From positions 78,216 through 142,215 of the forward strand of contig CAVBUY010000002.1 of assembly GCA_963598795.1 (NCBI GenBank): a stretch of 64,000 nt of DNA, given 5' to 3'. The notes beneath the pieces were generated by a model. The model was not told the origin of the DNA. It saw only the letters and a list, made by a program, of their open reading frames with translations, and did not search any database. This DNA comes from Alistipes shahii. Lineage in GTDB: Bacteria; Bacillota_I; Bacilli_A; RFN20; CAG-826. The position numbers and the translations under genes are program-made. Shown in pieces: positions 1 through 8,806 of the stretch. Each line of letters opens with the position of its first letter. Position 1 is the stretch's first letter.

Positions 1-337
1 TTAAGGCATATTCCTTATCATCAATCAATGAAGAGGCCTTTAAAATAGATATCAGCTCATCTGTGTCTTTAAATAAAGGGTATTTGGTTTTTATCTTTTC
101 TTTAAGCGTAAAGGCGGAATAAAGGTTTCTCGAAAGCAAATAACAAGCGTAATCATAAGGCAAGGAAAGCTCGCTTAGGTGCTTCAATCTTTTAATATCT
201 TCATCTTTCAGTAACTTAGAGACATAAAGATGCTCATCCAAAAAGAACGTTTCGTTCAAAGAAACGACCTCATTATCGATATGAATGAGATAAAGGCTTT
301 TCTTTCTTTCAATCTTTGCTACTTTTCTTTCTTTCAT
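1..337 (-). CDS. RecX-like regulatory protein, N-terminal ~112 codons; the gene continues past the left edge
   Basis: My own minus-strand translation from the ATG at 337..335 gives MKERKVAKIERKKSLYLIHIDNEVVSLNETFFLDEHLYVSKLLKDEDIKRLKHLSELSLPYDYACYLLSRNLYSAFTLKEKIKTKYPLFKDTDELISILKASSLIDDKEYAL, with no stop before position 1. The pattern (short N-domain, then 'A..lLs.R..s..el..Kl ... l.DD.eYA' helical repeats) resembles Firmicute RecX. It is absent from the ORF track because no stop lies in the window. It overlaps the 3' end of the glycosyltransferase gene by 29 nt. Confidence 0.4.
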   Translation of the reverse strand, partial: MKERKVAKIERKKSLYLIHIDNEVVSLNETFFLDEHLYVSKLLKDEDIKRLKHLSELSLPYDYACYLLSRNLYSAFTLKEKIKTKYPLFKDTDELISILKASSLIDDKEYAL

Positions 338-1505
338 GTTCTCTTATCGCTAATTCATAGACTTCTTTTATTGAAGAATAGAACTTTTCTTTGGTATATG
401 GCTCCAAAGCCTTATATCCGTTTGAGACTATCCTTTGCAATTCTTTTTCATCCAGATTCCTTATTTTCCCGATTTTTTCTATCAACTCTTCCTTTGACGT
501 ATATAGGAAACCGTTATAGCCATCTTTAATGACATCTTTGTTGCTATCGTCTTTTTTGATCAAAACCGGCAAACCAGAGGCCATGGCTTCAAGATATGTG
601 AGCCCTTGCGTCTCGCTGCTGGAAGAGAAAAGATATAAATCTCCCATATGGTAATATGAAGGGGCGTTTTTTGGCTCAACCCTATTAGTAAAAATAACTT
701 CGTTTATAAGTTTTAAGGATTCGGATATTCCCTTAAGCCTTTTTAAATCCGGTCCACCGCCGGCAATGACTAATTTAACTGAGTCGGATGGATTGATGTC
801 CTTATAATCTTTGAACGCGTAAATCAATTCGTCTATGGACTTTTCCTTAGCCAATCTCCCGAAATAGATAAGGGCGAAATCATTTTCCTTTATTCCATAT
901 GAAGACCTCAGTCTCTCTCTTTCTTCTTTGTTAAACGAATAAAAAGGCGTCAAATCAAAACCGGTAGGGACTACTCTCGTTTCCTTTTCTAAACCAAGAT
1001 TAGACATATAAGAGAATATCTTTTGGCTAGGGACGATAATCTCATCCGCGTTTTTGCCTATGTGCTTAATATATTTCCTCACCACTTTCTTGCTTGTCTT
1101 ATCGAAAAACCAGCCATGGGAAAAATAATAAGTGTAGTCCTCTAGGCAGGTGTGATAGGTGTAGACTATAGCAGCGTTGGTTTTCTTAGCGGCCTTAAAG
1201 CCCATTTGCCCCAAAGGCCCATCGGTTTGGATATGACAAATATCCGGGGCGAATTCCTTTATGATTTTCATCGCCTTCCCATTTATGAAGTTGGAAATGA
1301 CGTAGTTATATAAGAATTTGAAACGAACACCTTTTAGCCGTATCAAGGACGGGGAATAAGATGATTTATAGGCTTTGATGGAATTGCTGGTGACCACCAA
1401 GACTTCTTCCCCGTTTTCCTTTAAGACGGTATAAAGGGAATTGACGGACGTTGCCACCCCGTTGATATCGGGGGTGAAGGTATCGGAAAATATGACAATT
1501 TTCAT
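309..1505 (-). CDS. GT4-family glycosyltransferase, likely diacylglycerol glucosyltransferase (Acholeplasma alMGS-like, 398 aa)
   Basis: The 398-aa ORF has the N-terminus MKIVIFSDTFTPDINGVATSV, typical of GT-B/GT4 lipid glycosyltransferases. It also has a C-terminal E-x7-E-like region (SETQGLTYLEAMASGLPV). Its size and N-terminus match the monoglucosyl-DAG synthase family. Confidence 0.75.
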   Translation of the reverse strand: MKIVIFSDTFTPDINGVATSVNSLYTVLKENGEEVLVVTSNSIKAYKSSYSPSLIRLKGVRFKFLYNYVISNFINGKAMKIIKEFAPDICHIQTDGPLGQMGFKAAKKTNAAIVYTYHTCLEDYTYYFSHGWFFDKTSKKVVRKYIKHIGKNADEIIVPSQKIFSYMSNLGLEKETRVVPTGFDLTPFYSFNKEERERLRSSYGIKENDFALIYFGRLAKEKSIDELIYAFKDYKDINPSDSVKLVIAGGGPDLKRLKGISESLKLINEVIFTNRVEPKNAPSYYHMGDLYLFSSSSETQGLTYLEAMASGLPVLIKKDDSNKDVIKDGYNGFLYTSKEELIEKIGKIRNLDEKELQRIVSNGYKALEPYTKEKFYSSIKEVYELAIREHERKKSSKD

Positions 1506-2863
1506 TTTTCGTCCCCCTTCTTTTTTAAGAAGCGCTTCTTCATCTTCTCTTTGGCTATCTGGCGGTTTATTTGCTTGGTTTCGTAAGCTTTGTCCGCCTC
1601 GATTTTCCTAATCGCGTAAGTTTGATGCTGGATGGTTATGAAGTTCTTCTTGGAGGCGTTCTCGTATTCAACGGAAGGCTTAACTTGGCAACCGACGGAG
1701 ACTATACCGGAAATTATCACCAAGAAATGATATGAAATGGCCCTCCAAAGGATTTGGGTGGAAGCGAGATTCGCCTTAAGGTCGCGGATCAATTCCCCAT
1801 TGGGCCCAATGGTCGGGCCAATGACCGATTGATAGATCAAAACATAGAACAATTCCGAAACTCCCGCCGCGCCGGGAATAGGGAATAACCCCGTTACCAT
1901 CTGATGGAAAGCAGACAAGAAACAAGTGTCGAATAAGGTGATAAAAGAAAATTCCCCAGTGGCTTGGAAGGCAGAGGCTGCAAAATATGGGAAAGAGAAT
2001 TTGACAAACAAGGTTATTTGGAGAATGACAGAAACCAAAATAGCGATTGGGATATTGGTTTGGAGACGCTTAAGTTCGATTTTGAAGTTCTCCACTTGTA
2101 TTCTTAACGATTCCCTCAAGCCATCTGGATTTTTGACTATCTTAAGTTTATGGCCGATGTTCACAAATTTGTTCATGAACCAGTTATGGAACCTATGGGA
2201 ATAGGAAAGCAAAAACAAACCGCCCAAAATAACGAGGTTAACCACGAATCCGATGATGATCAAAGGCAACAAAGTCAAGGAAGCATCCCCGATATGAAAT
2301 TCGAACGAGGCATATTCCGCGATTCGTTTCCATTCAACGATCACAGATAAAATATCGAATATTATGAGATTGATTTGATAAAGGATGAAATACATCACGA
2401 AAATGGAAGCGGCGTTGGATATCTTCACCCCTTGTCTTTTCATGATATAGCTTTGCATTATCTGCCCACCTGAGGCCCCTGGCGTCAAAGCGGAATAGAA
2501 TATTCCAACGAAGGAATTGGCTATGGCTTGGCCGTAATTGTATTTGCGGGTATAAAGCCTAGCGAATATGAATATTATCAAGGCATCTAACAAAACCGAG
2601 AGGATAACCATTCCGATAAAACCTAAGAGCCATTTCCATTCGGCCGTCTTTAAAGCGGTGATGAAAATCATAAAGCCGTCTGGGATATTTCCAGACCCTG
2701 CCGATAAAAACGACAAAATCAAAGAAACGACGGTAAATATGACCGCGATGCTTACGGAAACGATAAGGCGAACCTTGCTGGAAGATTTCTTTTCTCTCGT
2801 TTCCTCAGGTTTTTTTGTTTCTTCTTCTATTTTCAACGATTCTTCTTCGGACATAAAATACAT
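1502..2863 (-). CDS. Polytopic membrane protein, lysylphosphatidylglycerol-synthase TM-region / flippase-like (UPF0104) family
   Basis: The 453-aa ORF has about 8-10 hydrophobic segments and a charged N-terminal tail. It overlaps the downstream GT4 gene by 4 nt. The family call rests on overall architecture only. Confidence 0.5.
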   Translation of the reverse strand: MYFMSEEESLKIEEETKKPEETREKKSSSKVRLIVSVSIAVIFTVVSLILSFLSAGSGNIPDGFMIFITALKTAEWKWLLGFIGMVILSVLLDALIIFIFARLYTRKYNYGQAIANSFVGIFYSALTPGASGGQIMQSYIMKRQGVKISNAASIFVMYFILYQINLIIFDILSVIVEWKRIAEYASFEFHIGDASLTLLPLIIIGFVVNLVILGGLFLLSYSHRFHNWFMNKFVNIGHKLKIVKNPDGLRESLRIQVENFKIELKRLQTNIPIAILVSVILQITLFVKFSFPYFAASAFQATGEFSFITLFDTCFLSAFHQMVTGLFPIPGAAGVSELFYVLIYQSVIGPTIGPNGELIRDLKANLASTQILWRAISYHFLVIISGIVSVGCQVKPSVEYENASKKNFITIQHQTYAIRKIEADKAYETKQINRQIAKEKMKKRFLKKKGDEK

Positions 2864-3101
2864 CAGTATTTTAGCCTTTTAGTTTAAAAGACGAAACAAC
2901 GGCTTGTTTTTAATAAGGCAAAAGATGAATGGGAAAATACAACAAAACGCGGAGAAACGCGTTTGGTCTGAAGAGTCCAAATGAAGTTAAGATTCAAAAA
3001 CTTGAGAAGTTAAAGCACGATAATGGGGAAGCGAGATGCATTAAGCTTCTTAAATGTTTCACATCGTTTGACAGCTAACACCCTCATTAGCACCAATATC
3101 T

Positions 3102-3145
3102 AGAAAAAAGGCACGAACCTATTGAAAGAAAATTTGGTTCATGCC
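3102..3145 (-). terminator. Intrinsic terminator after the secreted-protein gene
   Basis: The minus strand reads AGGCATGAACC-(16-nt loop)-GGTTCGTGCCT followed by TTTTTT. It lies 24 nt after the stop of 3169..3813. Confidence 0.7.
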
Positions 3146-3168
3146 TTAGTTGGGAAGTTGTTAATTAC

Positions 3169-3813
3169 TTAGTTAACACGAGCGAAAAGCTGAATTGAAA
3201 CATAACATTCAGGATTTTTCTCAGTTACATTCCATTCGGTGTTTTTATTTGTATCGTCTAAACTAGTAAGAGTACCGTCGCCACAGAGTGCATTAATTAA
3301 ACTTATATAATCTGATTCTGCAGTGGTACCAGTCGGGCATTTTTCACTTACCCAAGCAAGATTTGGAAGGACTTCAAGAAGATTATCTCCATCAGTCCAT
3401 GTAAGTACATCGTCTTGAGTAAGTTCATAATAAACACTTCCATCACCAGCTTCCTTTGCTTTACTGGTATTCTCAAATGTCACATATTGCGCTAAAACTT
3501 TGCTAATAGCCACAGTGAAGTATTTAGTAACAGTTTTACTGCTTGTATCGACATCAGTAGGTTTGACATATGTTGCGCTAAAAACTTTAAATTCATCAGC
3601 AAGTTTATAAGATACTTTACCATTGTCTAAATAAACATAAACATTATTAGCGTTGTTGACGGTGATCGTTCCGGCGCTGGCGTAAGCGGCTACCTTTACG
3701 CCAACATTCGCACTAGCGGTGGCGGTCCCGGCATAGACCCAGGCCGCGGAGGCGGTTCCGACCAAGGCCAAGCAGGCGGCCGCGGTCAGCATTTTGATTT
3801 TGGATTTCTTCAT
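3169..3813 (-). CDS. Secreted protein of unknown function (signal peptide, no lipobox); possibly TasA/camelysin-like
   Basis: The 214-aa ORF starts MKKSKIKMLTAAACLALVGTASAAWVYAGTATASA, with AXA cleavage motifs. The mature part is rich in beta-strand-like sequence and ends ...YVSIQLFARVN. It has its own terminator and a long upstream non-coding region. Confidence 0.7.
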   Translation of the reverse strand: MKKSKIKMLTAAACLALVGTASAAWVYAGTATASANVGVKVAAYASAGTITVNNANNVYVYLDNGKVSYKLADEFKVFSATYVKPTDVDTSSKTVTKYFTVAISKVLAQYVTFENTSKAKEAGDGSVYYELTQDDVLTWTDGDNLLEVLPNLAWVSEKCPTGTTAESDYISLINALCGDGTLTSLDDTNKNTEWNVTEKNPECYVSIQLFARVN

Positions 3814-3984
3814 TTTCTTTTCCTTTTTCCCATTCGTTTTGTGGGAGGTTGGCGATAGTTCCCTTCATCAATCCTCTTTTATCTTTTCCATAAGCGATTT
3901 CGCGTTGCCATTATCACTATTGACAAGCCACCGCTCTTAAGATAAAAACGTTGATAAAGCCTAAACTTTCGCCTTACGTTTGAA

Positions 3985-4013
3985 ATTATAGGCCCCCCCC
4001 CTTCAAATTTCAA
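3985..4013 (-). promoter_or_regulatory. Sigma-70-type promoter, TTGAAA-N17-TATAAT, with a G9 tract inside the spacer
   Basis: The minus strand reads TTGAAA (4013..4008), then TTTGAAGGGGGGGGGCC (17 nt), then TATAAT (3990..3985). It points toward the 3169..3813 gene, about 170 nt upstream of its ATG. Confidence 0.55.
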
Positions 4014-4135
4014 GAAAGACCTCGCCTTTTGTGTAAGTTTGTTTATTTAAGTTCCCGTTTTTATTCAATCTGGGATTTTTCTTTTGGAAACGTAAGGGAA
4101 AGTTATAATTGGTTGCCGGCCTTCGACGTTAAATA

Positions 4136-4248
4136 AAGGAGAAATTAAAAATAAAGGCCGTCAAAAACAAACATCTTAGACTCGAGGACCGCATAGCCAT
4201 CGAGACGTACCTGGGATATGGGATCCCTATCTTTAAAATAGCGATTGC
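4136..4248 (+). pseudogene. Remnant of an IS30-family transposase N-terminus (HTH_38 region)
   Basis: The plus frame from 4151 reads IKAVKNKHLRLEDRIAIETYLGYGIPIFKIAIA. This matches the conserved IS30 transposase start 'KHLTLEERI.IE.LL..G.S...IA'. An AAGGAG RBS is retained 9 nt upstream, but the start codon is ATA. The similarity ends where the convergent dxs gene stops. Confidence 0.4.
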
Positions 4249-5997
4249 CTATTCAAGAAACGGCTTTAAGGCCGCTTCTATATCTTTTACGTCCATCTTG
4301 GATTCTAAAATCATTGTAGAACCGCTTTTGTTTCGATGAAATTCCTTATCAATTCCAAGAGGCAAAACCTTCATCTCGCTTAAGCCGTAATAACCGGCGA
4401 TCCTTTCTCCGTAACCGCCGTTTTTCACACCGTCTTCTAAAATGACGCAAACCGAATGATTGGCTTTCAAGGATTCGAGCAATTCTTCATCTACGCCAGA
4501 TAAGAACACAGGATTGACGATTGTGGCATTCCCACCTAATTCCTCATCCAATTTCAAGGCAATTTCATATGTGTTTCCAACCACGAATATAACCACTTCC
4601 CGTCCCTTTTTGATTACTTTGGCTTTATTAGTCAAAGAATAATCGGTTTTGTCCATTTGATTATTTGAAATAACTCTGGAAGGGACCCTAATGCAAATAG
4701 GATGTTTAGATTGGCTAAGCGCATAATCCAACATCGAAAGGTATTCCTCTTTGAAAATCGGGGCCAAATGAATCAAATTCGGAATGGAAGACAATAAAGA
4801 AATATCAAATATCCCGGAATGGGTTGGGGTCTTTTGGCCAGATAACCCTCCACCGGAAAAAGTCAAAATGGTAACCGGGGAATTATTCAAGCATATGTCT
4901 TGGGATATTTGGTCATATGTCCTTTGCATAAAGGAGGAACCCACTCCCCAAACGGCTTTTATTCCTTCTTTGGCCATACCGCTAGCCATGGCAGCCGCAT
5001 GTTCCTCGGCAATGCCGACATCGATGAAATGCTTGCCTAATTTTTGCCTTCTTTCTTTATTAGCGGCGAAAACATATCCCGGCGTTCCGGCGTTTATGGC
5101 CACCACCGGCTCTCCGCTTTCGATTTTTTTCTCAAGATATGAGATGGTGATTTCCGCATAAGTCTCGCCATTGCCGTTTTTTACGATCTTTCCCGTTTTT
5201 AAATCAAACGGAGGAGGGCAATGGAAAGCTTCGGGATCCTTCAAGGCAAATTCGCATCCGTTTCCCTTTATGGTATGGACATGCAAAACGATTGGATGGT
5301 CTATATCTTTGACGGATTTTAGGACCTTTATCAATTCCAATATATCGTTACCTTTATCAACATAACGATAATCAAAGCCCAAGGCTTTAAAGAAATTGTT
5401 GGGGGAAGTCCCATTTGTTCTTCTAAGCTCTGCCAAATTGAAAGAATAGCCCCCATGGTTTTCGGCGATGGAATTCTCGTTGTCGTTGACGATGATTATG
5501 GTATTTGTGCCGGTTTCCACCACGTTGTTCAAGCCTTCATAAGCTTCCCCGCCGGAAAGAGATCCATCTCCTATTACGGCGATGACATTTTCTTTGCCTT
5601 TAAGAAAGTCTCTGCCCCTAGCCAAACCGTTAGCCAAAGATATGGCCGTGGAAGTGTGACCAATCTCGAACAAGTCATATTCGGATTCGTTTGGATTGGT
5701 AAAGCCTGAAACCGAATCGTGCTTATCGTCATTTAGATAAGCTTCTTTTCGGCCTGTCAAAATCTTATGGGTATAGCATTGATGGGAAACGTCAAAGACC
5801 AATTTGTCATAAGGCATATCGAAAACGTAATGCAAGGCGATAGTAAGCTCGACCACCCCGAGATTCGGACCGATATGACCACCGAATTTTGAAGTGGATT
5901 TCAATAAGGTTTCCCTTATCTCCTCGCTTAAAAGAACTAATTCTTGATCGCTTAGTTTTTTAACGTCTTTTGGGCTATTGATACGTTCGATGATCAT
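4249..5997 (-). CDS. dxs: 1-deoxy-D-xylulose-5-phosphate synthase
   Basis: The 582-aa ORF contains GGHIGPNLGVVELTIALHYVFDMPYDKLVFDVSHQCYTHKILTGR and a GDG-x-SGG..YEGLNN thiamine-diphosphate motif. These are hallmarks of DXS. Confidence 0.85.
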   Translation of the reverse strand: MIIERINSPKDVKKLSDQELVLLSEEIRETLLKSTSKFGGHIGPNLGVVELTIALHYVFDMPYDKLVFDVSHQCYTHKILTGRKEAYLNDDKHDSVSGFTNPNESEYDLFEIGHTSTAISLANGLARGRDFLKGKENVIAVIGDGSLSGGEAYEGLNNVVETGTNTIIIVNDNENSIAENHGGYSFNLAELRRTNGTSPNNFFKALGFDYRYVDKGNDILELIKVLKSVKDIDHPIVLHVHTIKGNGCEFALKDPEAFHCPPPFDLKTGKIVKNGNGETYAEITISYLEKKIESGEPVVAINAGTPGYVFAANKERRQKLGKHFIDVGIAEEHAAAMASGMAKEGIKAVWGVGSSFMQRTYDQISQDICLNNSPVTILTFSGGGLSGQKTPTHSGIFDISLLSSIPNLIHLAPIFKEEYLSMLDYALSQSKHPICIRVPSRVISNNQMDKTDYSLTNKAKVIKKGREVVIFVVGNTYEIALKLDEELGGNATIVNPVFLSGVDEELLESLKANHSVCVILEDGVKNGGYGERIAGYYGLSEMKVLPLGIDKEFHRNKSGSTMILESKMDVKDIEAALKPFLE

Positions 5998-5998
5998 A

Positions 5999-7867
5999 TT
6001 ATTGCAAATTGATGGCTATTGAATGGATATAGACCGCTTTGGTGATGTTGGTTATTTCGAATTTCACCTTGCCAGCCTTGGGGGTAGATAGAGTTGTGGA
6101 TTTTACTTGAGCCACTCCAGCTTCGTATCCGAGTTTGGAGGTGTTGATCAATTCGTCACCCAGATACATTGCGCAATCATAAGAGGTGCCAGACCCAGCT
6201 GAACCTTTCAAATACATTGATTCCACCAAAGTTTTCTCGGAAACGACAATTTCTTCTTTGCTAGTTATCGTTAAAGTTCCAACCGGTATGGTGGAGGTTC
6301 CGAACGCAACTCCGAAGGTTTTGTTCATACTGCCGATTTTCCCTGCCGCGAAATTGATAATCCAAGTGACTCCACCTAATGTCAGTTCGTTGTCGACGCC
6401 CGGTTTTTCTTTGATTTCGCTCAAATCATTGCCCGCGGCGCTGCCGGTGAAGGTGTAGCTATAGGTGCTATAAACGAACGGATCCATGTCTTTCACTTCG
6501 AACGAATAGCTCAAAGCGTTGTTTTCGGTTTTGATCGTGACCTTTTTTTGTCCGACGGAAGTGAGGCTTTCCCCGTCCGAAACGCCTTCCAAAGTCCAAT
6601 TCGTGTCATTGCCGATTGATAAGTCAGCCCCATATTTTCCAACGACGACATCGTCTTTGGAGAAAACCGAACCAACCTCATAGACGCGTTTTGCTGAAAC
6701 GATGGTCCTTATATCTTCTTTCGGACTGGCGATATTCAAAGCTTCATAAGAAGAGGAAACCAAGCTGAGATTGCCGGGTTTGTCTTTCTTGGAACCGAAA
6801 GCGTATTCGACCAATCCAGGGAAATCGACATAGGGGTTTCTGTTTCCTTGGGCATTGTTCTTGGTTTCGTCACTATGGGTTTTGGGAACGTAAGAATAGA
6901 CTGATTCGTTATGTTGATATTCTCCTAAGTCCACCATAACGGAAGAAGACCAGGAAACCAAATCGCTAAGATTGCCTATCGCGTAAGCATTATAGGTGGC
7001 TTCGTCATAATCCACGTAATCTTCTTGGACTTTCAAGCCAGGATAGAGAACCGTCCCGTCTTCGTTCAATTCGTCTTTGCTATACATGGTAGCCATATAG
7101 AAAATGGCTCTGGATAATCTTCCTTTGTCTTTTTCTGCCGGCTCAAAGTTCTTGCTGTCGTATCTATATCCACCAGAGGAATAGCCCATGTCTTTGAATG
7201 TCGAATCGCTTTGGTTGGCGTTTCCATAGTTTTTGTTTCCCCTGGAAGTGTTGCCAGAGCTAGAAGAAGCGAAAATATTATGGAAATCCGTGGCCCTTCC
7301 TAACGTTTTTACCGCGTTCGTGGTGCTTTTGTTGGTCATTAGGCTAGCTGGCCAAGCGTGTTCTCTTTGCCAAGAAGTGTTGGTCAATGTTGGATCGATG
7401 TTGTCCATGGAATACACGGCGTCCAATCTTTCTCTGTCGTATATGTCTTTGTCAGCCTCTTGGTTGCTCATCCAATTGGTATGGGTTCCGGCATATTCGA
7501 TTGGCTTATATGTCCCGGACGAAATGATGGAATGAAGTTTGTTAATAAGATCTTCTCCGTTGTTCCATGAGGTCAAGGAAAGATAATAGTTATCGTATAG
7601 ATGACATTCGTAATCTTCTATCGAAGCGGAAGATGAGCTCGACGAGGAGTCAGAAGATGAGCTCGAGGACGAGCTCGAGGACGAACTAGACGGAGAACTC
7701 GAAGACGAGGCAGAAGATGAACTTGAAGAATGACTAGATGACGAGTCCGAAGACGCATTGTCGCTAGAAGATACAGACGGTTCCGGAGTGTTGTCACACG
7801 CCCCGAGAAGCAATGACGCGCTCAAAGATAATAATAAAAATATATGTTTTGTTTTCATGAACTCCAT
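5999..7867 (-). CDS. Endonuclease I-family extracellular nuclease lipoprotein with a C-terminal accessory domain
   Basis: The 622-aa ORF has lipobox LLLGAC and a ~45-residue poly-Ser linker. Its nuclease motifs are QREHAWPAS, SRGNKNYG and NRNPYVDFP. About 180 further residues follow the nuclease domain. Confidence 0.8.
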   Translation of the reverse strand: MEFMKTKHIFLLLSLSASLLLGACDNTPEPSVSSSDNASSDSSSSHSSSSSSASSSSSPSSSSSSSSSSSSSDSSSSSSSASIEDYECHLYDNYYLSLTSWNNGEDLINKLHSIISSGTYKPIEYAGTHTNWMSNQEADKDIYDRERLDAVYSMDNIDPTLTNTSWQREHAWPASLMTNKSTTNAVKTLGRATDFHNIFASSSSGNTSRGNKNYGNANQSDSTFKDMGYSSGGYRYDSKNFEPAEKDKGRLSRAIFYMATMYSKDELNEDGTVLYPGLKVQEDYVDYDEATYNAYAIGNLSDLVSWSSSVMVDLGEYQHNESVYSYVPKTHSDETKNNAQGNRNPYVDFPGLVEYAFGSKKDKPGNLSLVSSSYEALNIASPKEDIRTIVSAKRVYEVGSVFSKDDVVVGKYGADLSIGNDTNWTLEGVSDGESLTSVGQKKVTIKTENNALSYSFEVKDMDPFVYSTYSYTFTGSAAGNDLSEIKEKPGVDNELTLGGVTWIINFAAGKIGSMNKTFGVAFGTSTIPVGTLTITSKEEIVVSEKTLVESMYLKGSAGSGTSYDCAMYLGDELINTSKLGYEAGVAQVKSTTLSTPKAGKVKFEITNITKAVYIHSIAINLQ

Positions 7868-7947
7868 TTTGCCATTTATCCTTTTTCAAATAAAGACAAA
7901 TGAAATGGTTTTTGACTTTCTAAAAAAGCCTTCTAATAATAGTCAAC

Positions 7948-8802
7948 ATGAATTACTTACTTTACAATTCCCTTTCTTCTTCCTTAAAAGGAAAAAAGAA
8001 AGCCGAAGAAATCTCATCGACTTTAATCGATAGATTCTCCGATTTAGAAAAAATTGATCTATTGAATATCAACCATGTCGACTTCCTTAATAACCTTAAA
8101 GATGACGATAACGTCGTCATCACCGGAGGGGACGGAACATTAAATCATTTCATAAATAAGATTGATGGAAGGGATCTCCCTTGTCCTTTTTATCTTCTTT
8201 CCAGCGGGACCGGAAACGACTTCGCGAAGGATAACGAAGACAAAAAAGACCAAGATGGCCTAATTAAGCTAAATGACTTGATGCACAATCTTCCAATCGT
8301 TGAAGTCAATGGGAAGAAATACCGCTTCTTCAACGGAGCGGGATTAGGCATAGACGGCGACACCTGCGCGGAGGCCAATAGGCAAAAATCCAAAGGAAAA
8401 GAAAAAATAAGCTACATAGGCATAACCTTGGATCTCATATTAAGAAAATTCAAATCCGCCAAAGCCACGATAGAGGTAAACGGCGAGACTTTGGTGGTTG
8501 ATGACACCTTCTTAGCCTCTGCCATGTATGGCAAATATTTCGGCGGAGGGGTATTAATCGCCGAAAAACAAAAAAGGGAAAATAGAAAGCTAACCCTAGT
8601 CGTAGCCCACGTAAAAGGCAGAATAAGAACCTTATTGGCCTTAAACAAAGTCAACAAAGGCAAGTCGGAGAAAATGAAAAATCAGATAATGAGATACGTG
8701 ACGGATTCGGTCAGCATCAAATTTTCCATCCCCCACGCCTTGCAGATAGATGGCGAAGTCATCGAAAACGTGACCGAATACAAAGCTTATATCAACAATT
8801 AA
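7948..8802 (+). CDS. Diacylglycerol-kinase catalytic-domain lipid kinase (YegS/BmrU family)
   Basis: The 284-aa ORF carries the VVITGGDGTLNHFIN (GGDGT) motif and a GTGNDFA motif. Confidence 0.8.
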   Translation: MNYLLYNSLSSSLKGKKKAEEISSTLIDRFSDLEKIDLLNINHVDFLNNLKDDDNVVITGGDGTLNHFINKIDGRDLPCPFYLLSSGTGNDFAKDNEDKKDQDGLIKLNDLMHNLPIVEVNGKKYRFFNGAGLGIDGDTCAEANRQKSKGKEKISYIGITLDLILRKFKSAKATIEVNGETLVVDDTFLASAMYGKYFGGGVLIAEKQKRENRKLTLVVAHVKGRIRTLLALNKVNKGKSEKMKNQIMRYVTDSVSIKFSIPHALQIDGEVIENVTEYKAYINN

Positions 8803-8806
8803 AGAC

